DNA of 64,000 nucleotides from Candidatus Omnitrophota bacterium (GTDB lineage Bacteria > Omnitrophota > Gorgyraeia > Tantalellales > Tantalellaceae): assembly GCA_014728075.1 (NCBI GenBank), contig WJMG01000078.1, positions 2,668 through 66,667 of the forward strand, in the 5' to 3' direction. The notes under the pieces were generated by a model. The model searched no databases. It worked only from the letters and a program-made list of their open reading frames with translations, and was not told the origin of the DNA. Within the stretch, counting starts at the first letter, position 1, and the number at the start of each line of letters is the position of its first letter. This document shows positions 9,019 through 16,990 of the stretch, in pieces. Both the position numbers and the translations under genes were made by a program.

Positions 9019-10074
9019 TCATTTCTTTTCCCTGTTCTCCCCGAGAACTTTTTCGAAAATATCGAAAAATTTTCCGGCGATGACCCGGGGAGAATGTTTC
9101 TCAGCAAAAGCCTCGGCAGCGGTTTTCAGGGCTTTTTGCTTTTTTTTGTCGCGCAACACCTCTATCAGCTTCTTGTTCAAAGCCGTAATATCCCTGTAGT
9201 GGACCACTTCTTTTTTCCAGGAATGGAAGAAATCCGACTGGCTCGGCACAAAGATCGGGCAACCGGTCCCCAGGGCCTGGAAAACAGTGGAAGAAACTAC
9301 CGCGTGCTGCCGGCTTCGGAATTTGTGGAAAATAGCCGCGTCCGAAGCGAACAGGTAATCATCGAATTCCGCCGTTGAAATAGCGTCGCTCTTTCTGACC
9401 ATCCTCCACTTAGTGGGAGTAAGCTCTTCCAGCATCTGGTAATCCGTTTCGATCAAGTTAAGGAGGATACAATCCCTTCTCAGCCTGGGCGGCAGCTCCC
9501 TGTAATAAGAATGGTACCCCCTGTGCCCGAACGAGTAAATGATCTTTTTTTTCTGAGGCAGTCCCAGTTTAGCCCTGGCCTCTTTTTTGCTGCCGCTCCT
9601 GACGGGGAAACACGGGAACGGCACATATTCCGCGTCCGGGTAGACGCTTTTAAGAAAATCCTGCCGATGGTCAAAGTAAACCACCTTGTCCCAGTCCAGT
9701 TTGTAGAACCAGGAATGCTCGCACATCCTGTTCTCGTGGACGACATGCACCAGCTTCATCTTCTTCTTCAATACCGGCCAGATGTTGGCCATCTTCTCGA
9801 CGGGCAACATCCCGAGGTCTTCCACTACCAGAATATCCATGTCCGTCTCGAGGAAAGGGCGCGGGTCGAGAACGGCGGTATGTGTCCTGGTCCCGAAACA
9901 CCTTATAACATAGGGTTCGTCCCCGGCCGTCATGCATTCTCCGTGAAAATCGTTCTTCACAAAAGAAAAAACCGTCACCTTGTGACCCATTCTTATAAGC
10001 TCCCTGAACACCGGTTCGGCATGCATAGCGACGCCGCTGTTGGTGTTCCAAGCAGACATTACTCCTATGTTCAT
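9019..10074 (-). CDS. Glycosyltransferase-like protein (GT-B / GT4-like C-terminal half)
   Basis: 351-aa ORF. The C-terminal VVSSTVFQALGTGCPIFVP resembles the GT4 E-x7-E region. The family assignment is tentative. Confidence 0.45.
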   Translation of the reverse strand: MNIGVMSAWNTNSGVAMHAEPVFRELIRMGHKVTVFSFVKNDFHGECMTAGDEPYVIRCFGTRTHTAVLDPRPFLETDMDILVVEDLGMLPVEKMANIWPVLKKKMKLVHVVHENRMCEHSWFYKLDWDKVVYFDHRQDFLKSVYPDAEYVPFPCFPVRSGSKKEARAKLGLPQKKKIIYSFGHRGYHSYYRELPPRLRRDCILLNLIETDYQMLEELTPTKWRMVRKSDAISTAEFDDYLFASDAAIFHKFRSRQHAVVSSTVFQALGTGCPIFVPSQSDFFHSWKKEVVHYRDITALNKKLIEVLRDKKKQKALKTAAEAFAEKHSPRVIAGKFFDIFEKVLGENREKK

Positions 10075-10180
10075 GGCCCCCCCTTTTTTCTGCGGTCCCT
10101 TTGAACTTTGAGATCACCGTCTAAAAACATCTTACGGGCATTTTACCATTAACCCCGCCAAAGCGCTAAAAGCGCGCGCC

Positions 10181-10435
10181 TTATATGTTCATTTTGACCA
10201 GCCGGGCGTTCACTCCGGAAAGAAGGTTTAGTTTCCTTTCCAGTTCTTCGTGGTCTTTATCTTCCCCCACGAGTTCGAGTATTATCAGCCCGGAATTAGA
10301 ACAATCGTCCAGAACGCCCTGGTGAAGCCCAAACCTTGTCCTTATCACGCAGCCCCATCCCGTAAGTATTTTTTGAACTTTTTCGGCGGTCTCTTTTCTT
10401 TGCTCGAGTAAAGTTATAAGCACATTCCTCTGCAT
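10181..10435 (-). CDS. TM1266-like small ACT/NikR-C-like protein (putative 'iron-only hydrogenase system regulator' family), 84 aa
   Basis: Size, hydrophobic/Gly pattern and position next to hydEFG, as for the Thermotoga TM1266 family. Assigned by recall, not by a search. Confidence 0.5.
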   Translation of the reverse strand: MQRNVLITLLEQRKETAEKVQKILTGWGCVIRTRFGLHQGVLDDCSNSGLIILELVGEDKDHEELERKLNLLSGVNARLVKMNI

Positions 10436-10551
10436 CTTCCTCCTTAATAAGCGTTTCGGCGTTTTGGTTTCGCGTCCCCCGCCGCAAGCCCGGGAATAGT
10501 TCCCTTGATCTTCTTCCGGGCCCGTTACGGCTCTACGGACACCTCGTACCG

Positions 10552-10582
10552 AAAAAGGGAGGGAGCTATACCGCTCCCTCCC
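10552..10582 (-). terminator. Perfect 10-bp stem hairpin GGGAGGGAGC-tatacc-GCTCCCTCCC with flanking A/T runs. Terminator between the REC gene and the TM1266-like gene.
   Basis: Direct reading of 10557..10582. The minus strand gives the hairpin followed by TTTTT. Confidence 0.55.
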
Positions 10583-10648
10583 TTTGTAACGGAAAGAAAA
10601 AAAGCTATGATCGAAAGGACCACAACTACAGAGAACATTCAGTCCTCC

Positions 10649-11035
10649 TTATTTTTTTATATTCTTCTCGACCTCGGAAAGAAGAACATCCGGCTTTATG
10701 GGCTTTTCAAGGACGCCTTTCACCGGAAGCCATTCGGAATCCGGCTCGAACCCGAAAGACAGGTTCATGTCCTTCCTGATGCCCGTGGTCATAAGCACCG
10801 GCGTGTCTTTTATCTCCTCGTCGCCGTGGATCTTTCTGGCGATATCGAACCCCTCTGTTTTATTTGCCATCATTACATCCAGAAGGATGAGGTCCGGTTT
10901 TTCCTCTTTAGCCTTTGAAAAGCCTTCCTCTCCGTCCGAAGCGGTTACTATGGAATAGCCCCTGGCCTCGAGAAGAGTCGTCATCGCTTCCCTGAAATCC
11001 GCGTCGTCATCCACTATAAGTATTTTCCCTGGCAT
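10649..11035 (-). CDS. Stand-alone response-regulator receiver (REC/CheY-like) domain protein
   Basis: KILIVDDDADFRE...DLILLDVMM...K motifs. The start was moved to the ATG after RBS AAGGAGG. Confidence 0.8.
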   Translation of the reverse strand: MPGKILIVDDDADFREAMTTLLEARGYSIVTASDGEEGFSKAKEEKPDLILLDVMMANKTEGFDIARKIHGDEEIKDTPVLMTTGIRKDMNLSFGFEPDSEWLPVKGVLEKPIKPDVLLSEVEKNIKK

Positions 11036-12263
11036 TTTTCCTCCTTCTGTTTTTCTGTTCCCGGGCCCTATCACCAAAGGGGGTTATAACCCTTTCCAGT
11101 ATTCCCGACATGTACGATATAATTATACCATAATTAGTGATAGGAACCTTTTGTCTTTTAGCTCTTGCCACCCTGGCCAGCAGTTCTCTGCGGGTAACCA
11201 TACATCCTCCGCAGCTTATGACAAGGGAATACGGAGAAAGGTCCTCCGGAAATTCGCCTCCGGCCGTAACATCGAAAACAAGGTCCCTGCCGGTATACTC
11301 CCTTAACCAGGAAGGTATCTTGCTTCTGCCTATATCCTCCGGTTGAACATGATGTGTGCAGGCCTCAGCGATAAGGACCTCGTCTCCGTCTTGCAGGCGC
11401 TTAACGGCACCTGCGCCCTTTATGAACTCTGCCAGGTCGCCTTTATGCCTGGCGAAAACCACCGAAAAAGAGGTCAACGGGACATTCTCCGGTACTTTAT
11501 CCTTAACCTCCTCGAAGACCTGGGAATCCGTTATGACCAGCGCCGGGGACCTTTCAAGAGAATCGAGAGATTCCGTCAGTCCACTGTCTTTGACGACAAC
11601 CGCTATGCCCCCGGCGTCAAGGACTTCCCTCAACACCTGGACCTGGGGCAGGATCAGCCTGCCCTGCGGCATGGCCCCGTCGATCGGGCATACCAGAACA
11701 ACCGTATCCCCGGCCTTTACTATATCTTTTACCAGCGGGACGGGTGCCCAGTCCCTGGGAGCAAGCCGTATTATCTGTTCTTTCAATTGCTCTATACCTG
11801 CGCCGGTCACCGAACTCACTTTCACGCAAACCCTTCCGTTCTCTTCCCTCAGCCTGTCATCCTCGATGTTTTCTTCAAGATCGCTCTTATTCCATACTAT
11901 CAAAAAAGGCACTCCCTGCTCGCCGAAAGCGGCTATGATTTCCTCTTCGAATTTCCCGGGCCGGGTCCCCGGCTCCATAACTATCAAACCTACATCGGTC
12001 TTTCTAAGGACCCGCCGGGTCTTCAGCACCCTCTCGCGGCCCAGCTCCCCCTCGTCGTCGAGCCCTGCCGTATCTATTAAAACACAGGGTCCTATAGGCA
12101 GGATCTCCATGGCCTTGTAAACAGGATCTGTCGTAGTTCCCGCGCAAGAAGAGACTATTGCCAGGTCCTGTCCCGTAAGCGCGTTTATCAGGCTGGACTT
12201 GCCCGCGTTCCTTCTGCCGAATATCCCTATATGGAGCCTGTTACTTGCCGGTGTTGTATACAT
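11007..12263 (-). CDS. hydF: [FeFe]-hydrogenase maturation GTPase HydF
   Basis: G1 motif GRRNAGKSSLINAL. C-terminal CxH...CxxC (CTHH ... SCGGC) Fe-S motif. Confidence 0.85.
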   Translation of the reverse strand: MYTTPASNRLHIGIFGRRNAGKSSLINALTGQDLAIVSSCAGTTTDPVYKAMEILPIGPCVLIDTAGLDDEGELGRERVLKTRRVLRKTDVGLIVMEPGTRPGKFEEEIIAAFGEQGVPFLIVWNKSDLEENIEDDRLREENGRVCVKVSSVTGAGIEQLKEQIIRLAPRDWAPVPLVKDIVKAGDTVVLVCPIDGAMPQGRLILPQVQVLREVLDAGGIAVVVKDSGLTESLDSLERSPALVITDSQVFEEVKDKVPENVPLTSFSVVFARHKGDLAEFIKGAGAVKRLQDGDEVLIAEACTHHVQPEDIGRSKIPSWLREYTGRDLVFDVTAGGEFPEDLSPYSLVISCGGCMVTRRELLARVARAKRQKVPITNYGIIISYMSGILERVITPFGDRAREQKNRRRKNARENTYSG

Positions 12264-13320
12264 TTTCGTCCCTCCTTCCGGGAAGAAGGGAATCTCCCCG
12301 GGACATGTCCGCGTACCTCCCCATTTCCGGCAGCTTTTCTTTTACTTGTTCGATAAAGTCCTCCGGGCGGGACCCCCTTATTTCCGGCGCCGGATAAATT
12401 TCATATGATCTCGCGTATCGGGGGGGAGTAAAATCGGCCATTATAACATTCGCTCCTCCGGCAAGGGCTCTCATCCGGGGTTCAAGGCTTTCCGCCCCAA
12501 GGGCCGTAGTTGCCGGTATATGCGCTAAAGGAGAAAGTATCCTCATCACGGAGATCGCGCTTAGGGCCTCTCGGCGGGATCCCGCGGGCTCCAGACCCAG
12601 GGCCGTTTCCCCGTGTGGAACAAAAGGCCCCACGGCTACCATATCGAGTGCAAGCTTTCCGAGAAAGACAAGATCCTCCGCCAGACTCTCCTTTGTCTGG
12701 CCCTTAAGCCCTACTATTATACCGCTGCCTGTCTGGAACCCGAGGGCCCGGAGCGTTTCCAGGCATCGTACGCGGTTGTCAAAGGACATACCGGGATGCA
12801 GGGCTTCGTAGATCCTTCTGTTCGAGGTCTCTATTTTAAGAAGGTACCTGTCGGCGCCGGCGTCCCGTAAGACCCGGTATTCTCTCTCTGTTTTTTCGCC
12901 TATAGATACGGTTACCGCGACATCGTATCGATATTTTATTTCCCGGATGACCTCTGCCAGTGACCGGCAATCGTCTTGTCCGTCCTGTCCCGACTGAAGC
13001 ACTATTGTACGCACCCCGGCCCGGAAAACCCTTCCGGCGGCCTCCAGTATCTCTTCAGGCGACATCCTGTATCTTTCGAGCCCGCCCTCGGGACGGTTAA
13101 GCCCGCAATAAGAACAAGCGCCGTCGCAAAAATTCGAAAAGTTTATTATTCCCCTGAACAAGACCCCTTCGCCTATAAACCGCGCCCTGAGAGCATCGGC
13201 TTCTTCTGTTATTCCCGTTTCGGCGGACGGAAGGGACAGGATCTCACGGACCGCCGGCATGTCCTCTCCCCGGAAGGATCTTATCTTTTCCGGAAGACCG
13301 GACCGCCTAAACGAACTCAT
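12241..13320 (-). CDS. hydE: [FeFe]-hydrogenase maturase HydE (radical SAM)
   Basis: CDGACSYC (Cx3Cx2C) and BioB-like architecture, placed between hydG and hydF. The start is ambiguous (13320 or 13260). Confidence 0.8.
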   Translation of the reverse strand: MSSFRRSGLPEKIRSFRGEDMPAVREILSLPSAETGITEEADALRARFIGEGVLFRGIINFSNFCDGACSYCGLNRPEGGLERYRMSPEEILEAAGRVFRAGVRTIVLQSGQDGQDDCRSLAEVIREIKYRYDVAVTVSIGEKTEREYRVLRDAGADRYLLKIETSNRRIYEALHPGMSFDNRVRCLETLRALGFQTGSGIIVGLKGQTKESLAEDLVFLGKLALDMVAVGPFVPHGETALGLEPAGSRREALSAISVMRILSPLAHIPATTALGAESLEPRMRALAGGANVIMADFTPPRYARSYEIYPAPEIRGSRPEDFIEQVKEKLPEMGRYADMSRGDSLLPGRRDENVYNTGK

Positions 13321-14683
13321 CCCTTTTCCCCTTCGCCAGGTCCAAAAGTATTTTTTCCAGCGTTTCTTTCTCTTCGGCTCCCAGACCCGCGGATAGCTTT
13401 TCCACAAGAGCGTACCCTTTTGCCCTCACATCATCCGAAGCGTAGTCGTCAAGGTATTCTTTCAGTGTAATAAGGGCATTTATCCTGCATTTGCCTTTTA
13501 TGGTGCCCGGGCGGGCCATTTCCATGAACGCCTCCCCTGTGCGACGGGACCTGTAGCAGGCGGTACAAAAACTCGGAACGGCGCCTTTTCCGATCAAAGC
13601 GCCGACTACCTGGTCCAGGCTCCGGTGGTCATTGAGCGAGAACTGACCGCATGCCTGGCCCGGTTCAGCGTATCCTCCGGGTGAAGTCCGGGAAGACGCG
13701 CTTATCTGGGACACTCCCAGATCAAAAAGAGCGTCTCTCATCTCCGGAGACTCCCGGGTAGAGAGAATGATCCCCGTGTAAGGAACGGCCAGCCGGAGAA
13801 CGGCTACCAGAAGCATGAACTCCCTGTCGGACATCTCGAAAGGCGCGGCCTCCGAAAGATCAACGCCTTTCGCCGGCTCTACCCTGGGAACAGAGACAGT
13901 ATGCGGCCCTATATTAAATTTTTTCTCCAGATATTCAACATGGGTCAGGAGGCCAAGAGCCTCGAACCGGTGATCATACAATCCGAAAAGGGCCCCTATG
14001 CCCACATCGTCTATCCCCGCCTCGAAAGCCCTGTCTATGGCCGCGAGTCTCTCGTCGGGGTCGCTTTTTGGCCCGCGGGGGTGTACTTTCCTATATGTCC
14101 TCTCATGATATGTTTCCTGGAAAAGCTGGTAAGTGCCTATGCCGGACGCTTTCAGGCGCTTGAACCCTTCCTTTTCCAGAGGGGCACAGTTAACATTTAT
14201 CCGCCTTATCCTGTTCTTACCGTCGGTCTGTGAGTAAATTGTCCCTATACTTTCGGCAAAATAGCCGGCGTCGTCCGGCGATCCGCTTTCCGAAGCGACC
14301 AGAAGTACGCGTTTATGGCCCATTTTCAACAGGCTGCGCGCCTCCGCGGCTATCTCCGGCTGCGCAAGCTTTTTCCTGGGGATCAGTTCATTGCCTTCTT
14401 TGAACGCGCAATAAGAACAGGCGTTAGCGCAGATATTGTTTATGTACAGAGGAGCGAAAAGGACTACCCTGTCACCGTATATCTTTCTTTTTACCTCGGA
14501 AGCGGCCGCGAGGATAGCTTCTGTCTCCCCGGGGCCCTCGGCGGCAAGAAGGACCGCGGCGTCCTCGATAGAAAGCCGGTTCAGGCCGGCACTTTTCTCA
14601 AGGACTTCCATTATTCTTGACCGCCCGGCCTTTCTGCCGGCTTTCAGCGCTTCATGTATTTTTTCTTCATTGATCAGTTTCAT
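13307..14683 (-). CDS. hydG: [FeFe]-hydrogenase maturase HydG (radical SAM tyrosine lyase)
   Basis: CANACSYC and C-terminal CTACYRx22C motifs. ThiH-like. The start was set at MKLINEEKI. Confidence 0.85.
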   Translation of the reverse strand: MKLINEEKIHEALKAGRKAGRSRIMEVLEKSAGLNRLSIEDAAVLLAAEGPGETEAILAAASEVKRKIYGDRVVLFAPLYINNICANACSYCAFKEGNELIPRKKLAQPEIAAEARSLLKMGHKRVLLVASESGSPDDAGYFAESIGTIYSQTDGKNRIRRINVNCAPLEKEGFKRLKASGIGTYQLFQETYHERTYRKVHPRGPKSDPDERLAAIDRAFEAGIDDVGIGALFGLYDHRFEALGLLTHVEYLEKKFNIGPHTVSVPRVEPAKGVDLSEAAPFEMSDREFMLLVAVLRLAVPYTGIILSTRESPEMRDALFDLGVSQISASSRTSPGGYAEPGQACGQFSLNDHRSLDQVVGALIGKGAVPSFCTACYRSRRTGEAFMEMARPGTIKGKCRINALITLKEYLDDYASDDVRAKGYALVEKLSAGLGAEEKETLEKILLDLAKGKRDEFV

Positions 14684-14703
14684 CCTCACCCCGCCAGCGA
14701 TAT

Positions 14704-15195
14704 TCACCCGCCCCTGTTGCGGTACTCTTTTATAAGTTCCGCGGTCCTTTCGGCGTCGAGATCACCGTGTATCTTCTCGTTCACCATTATCACCGGGGCC
14801 AGGCCGCAGGCGCCGAGGCACCTCGCTTCCTGCAAAGTGAACATTTTGTCTTCGGTGGTCTGTCCCACTTCAACCCCCAGCTCCTTTTTAAGGGTTTCCA
14901 GGACCTTTCCGGCTCCCTTTACATAACACGCGGTCCCCATGCATACCGATACGATATATTTCCCCACCGGTTCAAGGTTGAAATAATGGTAAAAGGTAGC
15001 CACTCCCCAGATATGCGCCGTGGGGATGTTCATGTAATGAGCTATTTCGTCCATTACTTCTCTGGGCAAATATCCGTATATCTCCTGGGCTTTGTGCAGA
15101 ATAGCTATTAGCTGGGATTCCGAATGTTCTTTTTCCCGGCACTCGTCCATATATTGTCTGAGCCGCTCCGATCTTTCGTCCTTAACCTTTGTCAT
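14704..15195 (-). CDS. hydC: NuoE-like [2Fe-2S] subunit of a multimeric [FeFe]-hydrogenase (HydC/HndA)
   Basis: CMGTACYV...CLGACGLAP thioredoxin-like 2Fe-2S motif. RBS ACGGAGGG. Confidence 0.85.
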   Translation of the reverse strand: MTKVKDERSERLRQYMDECREKEHSESQLIAILHKAQEIYGYLPREVMDEIAHYMNIPTAHIWGVATFYHYFNLEPVGKYIVSVCMGTACYVKGAGKVLETLKKELGVEVGQTTEDKMFTLQEARCLGACGLAPVIMVNEKIHGDLDAERTAELIKEYRNRGG

Positions 15196-15205
15196 TTTCC
15201 CTCCG

Positions 15206-16978
15206 TTATCTGGATTTTGATAGCTCAGGTATTATTCCTCTCGGCTCTTTCGGCGCATAATGCGTGTGAAGGTACTTATGCGCCGCGGACCCGAGAGGCC
15301 TACCGAGGAACTCCTTGTAAAGCCTCTGAACATCCCTGTTCTCGTGGCTCCGCCTGATGGTCCTGTTCCTGTCAAGCCCGTAAAGGGCTTCCGCCCTTTT
15401 CTTGAGCACATCTTCGTCAAGAGGGATCGAGTTGGACCCGGCGTAAGGCTGACCCCCGCCCCCTATACACCCGCCCGGGCAACCCATTATCTCGATAAAA
15501 TGATACCGGTCGGGATCCTTGCGGACTATGTCGAGAAGTTCCGCGGCGTTACCCAGCCCGTGCGCGACCGCTACTCGTATCTCTTTGCCGTCCATAGTTA
15601 TGCTTCCCTCTTTCACGGACTTGAACCCCCGTATATCCTTGAGCTCTATATCGAGAAGGGTCTCTCCCGTATAAAGCTCGTAAGCGGTGCGTATTGCCGC
15701 TTCCATGACCCCCCCGGTAACACCGAAGATCGCTCCGGCTCCGGAAGAAACTCCGAGAGGGGCGTCGAACTGTTCCGGTTTGATATTATAAAAATCTATA
15801 CCGGAAGATTTTATCATCCACGCGACTTCCCTGGTCGTTACGACAAGGTCGGTGGGGTCCATGCCCTCTACCCGGAGCTCGGGCCTCTGTGCCTCGTATT
15901 TTTTGGCCGTACAGCACATCACGGCAACGGAAAAGATGTTTTCCGGAGACAGGCCCTGTTTATCGGCGAAGTATGTCTTAAGCATTGACCCCATCATCGA
16001 CATGGGGGACTTACAGGTAGAGACATTTTCTATAAGGTCCGGATAGAATTGTTCGAGACACTTCATCCAGGCGCTTGAACAGGAAGTTATCATAGGCAGC
16101 TTGCCTTTGCCCTGCACTCTCTCCAGGAACTCGTTGGCTTCCTCCATTATCGTGAGGTCGGCCGCGAACTGCGTGTCAAAAACATGATCGAACCCCAGAC
16201 GCCTCAACGCCGCGGCCATTTCCCCCTCCATGGCCTTGCCCGGAGGGAACCCGAAAGCCTCTCCTATAGCGGCCCTTACCGAAGGCGCCACCTGCACGAC
16301 CTTCACCAGTTTATCGTCGTTAAGTTTTTCGAACAGTTCCTGCGTATAGTTCTTCTCAACGAACGAAGCGGTAGGGCACACATTTATGCACTGGCCGCAG
16401 GAAGTGCAGACGCTTTCGCTGAAAGGCATATTATACGCCGGCATTACCACCGTATTGAACCCCCTGTGGGCATATCTCAACGCATTGACCTTCTGGACCT
16501 CCTCGCACATGCGCACGCACCTGCCACAAAGGATACATTTGTCCGGGTCCCTGATGACCGCCGGGGAGGAAAGATCTTTTTCGTAATGCTTTTTCTCACC
16601 CTCAAAGTGCCGTTTTCTTATGCCCATGGCGTAAGCAAGCCGCTGAAGTTCGCATATACCGTCCCTTTCGCAGGTATGGCAATCTTCGGGATGGTTGTCC
16701 AGTATCAGCTCCACTATATCCCTCCTGGCCTGTCTCAGGTCACCGGTATTGGTCTTTATGTCCATGCCTTCTTCCACGGGATGCGAACAGGAAGCCACGA
16801 AATTGCGCATGCCCTCTACTTCCACTATACAAACCCGGCACGCCCCTTCTATGGAAAGTTTGGGATGATAGCAAAGACGCGGTATCTTGAACCCCAGGCC
16901 GTCCAGGGCCTGCATTATGGTCTGCCCTTTTTCAACCTTGTAGTCCCTGTTATTGACGGTTATGTTTATCGTTTTCAT
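15206..16978 (-). CDS. hydA: [FeFe]-hydrogenase catalytic subunit HydA (M3 architecture: 2Fe-2S, His-ligated 4Fe-4S, 2x4Fe-4S, H-cluster domain) with non-canonical L1/L2 motifs
   Basis: N-terminal Cys motifs. L1 = PMITSCSSAW, L2 = VMCCTAKKYE, L3 = EIMGCPGGCIGGGGQP. RBS AAGGAGAGG. Confidence 0.9.
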   Translation of the reverse strand: MKTINITVNNRDYKVEKGQTIMQALDGLGFKIPRLCYHPKLSIEGACRVCIVEVEGMRNFVASCSHPVEEGMDIKTNTGDLRQARRDIVELILDNHPEDCHTCERDGICELQRLAYAMGIRKRHFEGEKKHYEKDLSSPAVIRDPDKCILCGRCVRMCEEVQKVNALRYAHRGFNTVVMPAYNMPFSESVCTSCGQCINVCPTASFVEKNYTQELFEKLNDDKLVKVVQVAPSVRAAIGEAFGFPPGKAMEGEMAAALRRLGFDHVFDTQFAADLTIMEEANEFLERVQGKGKLPMITSCSSAWMKCLEQFYPDLIENVSTCKSPMSMMGSMLKTYFADKQGLSPENIFSVAVMCCTAKKYEAQRPELRVEGMDPTDLVVTTREVAWMIKSSGIDFYNIKPEQFDAPLGVSSGAGAIFGVTGGVMEAAIRTAYELYTGETLLDIELKDIRGFKSVKEGSITMDGKEIRVAVAHGLGNAAELLDIVRKDPDRYHFIEIMGCPGGCIGGGGQPYAGSNSIPLDEDVLKKRAEALYGLDRNRTIRRSHENRDVQRLYKEFLGRPLGSAAHKYLHTHYAPKEPRGIIPELSKSR

Positions 16979-16990
16979 CTGATCCTCTCC

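Noticed and set aside
10181-10487. Overlapping 63-aa ORF (10296..10487) as a partner or antitoxin of the 84-aa protein
   Set aside because: It is in a different frame on the same strand, overlaps the 84-aa protein heavily and has an Arg/Lys-rich low-complexity composition. It is not credible.
16067-16087. The HydA L1 deviation as a sequencing or assembly error
   Set aside because: Both Ser codons (tca, agc) need at least two substitutions to reach Cys or Pro codons. The L2 Pro-to-Cys change (tgc) is independent and compensatory. The reading frame is intact. Read-level confirmation is still advisable.
16067-16087. Alternative alignment in which the retained L1 Cys is the cluster ligand and the proton-relay Cys is Ser (sensory-hydrogenase-like TSSCP)
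   Set aside because: It needs a 1-residue indel before the conserved Trp and breaks the otherwise constant +1 numbering offset to L2 and L3. It is kept as the main alternative, to be settled by structural alignment.
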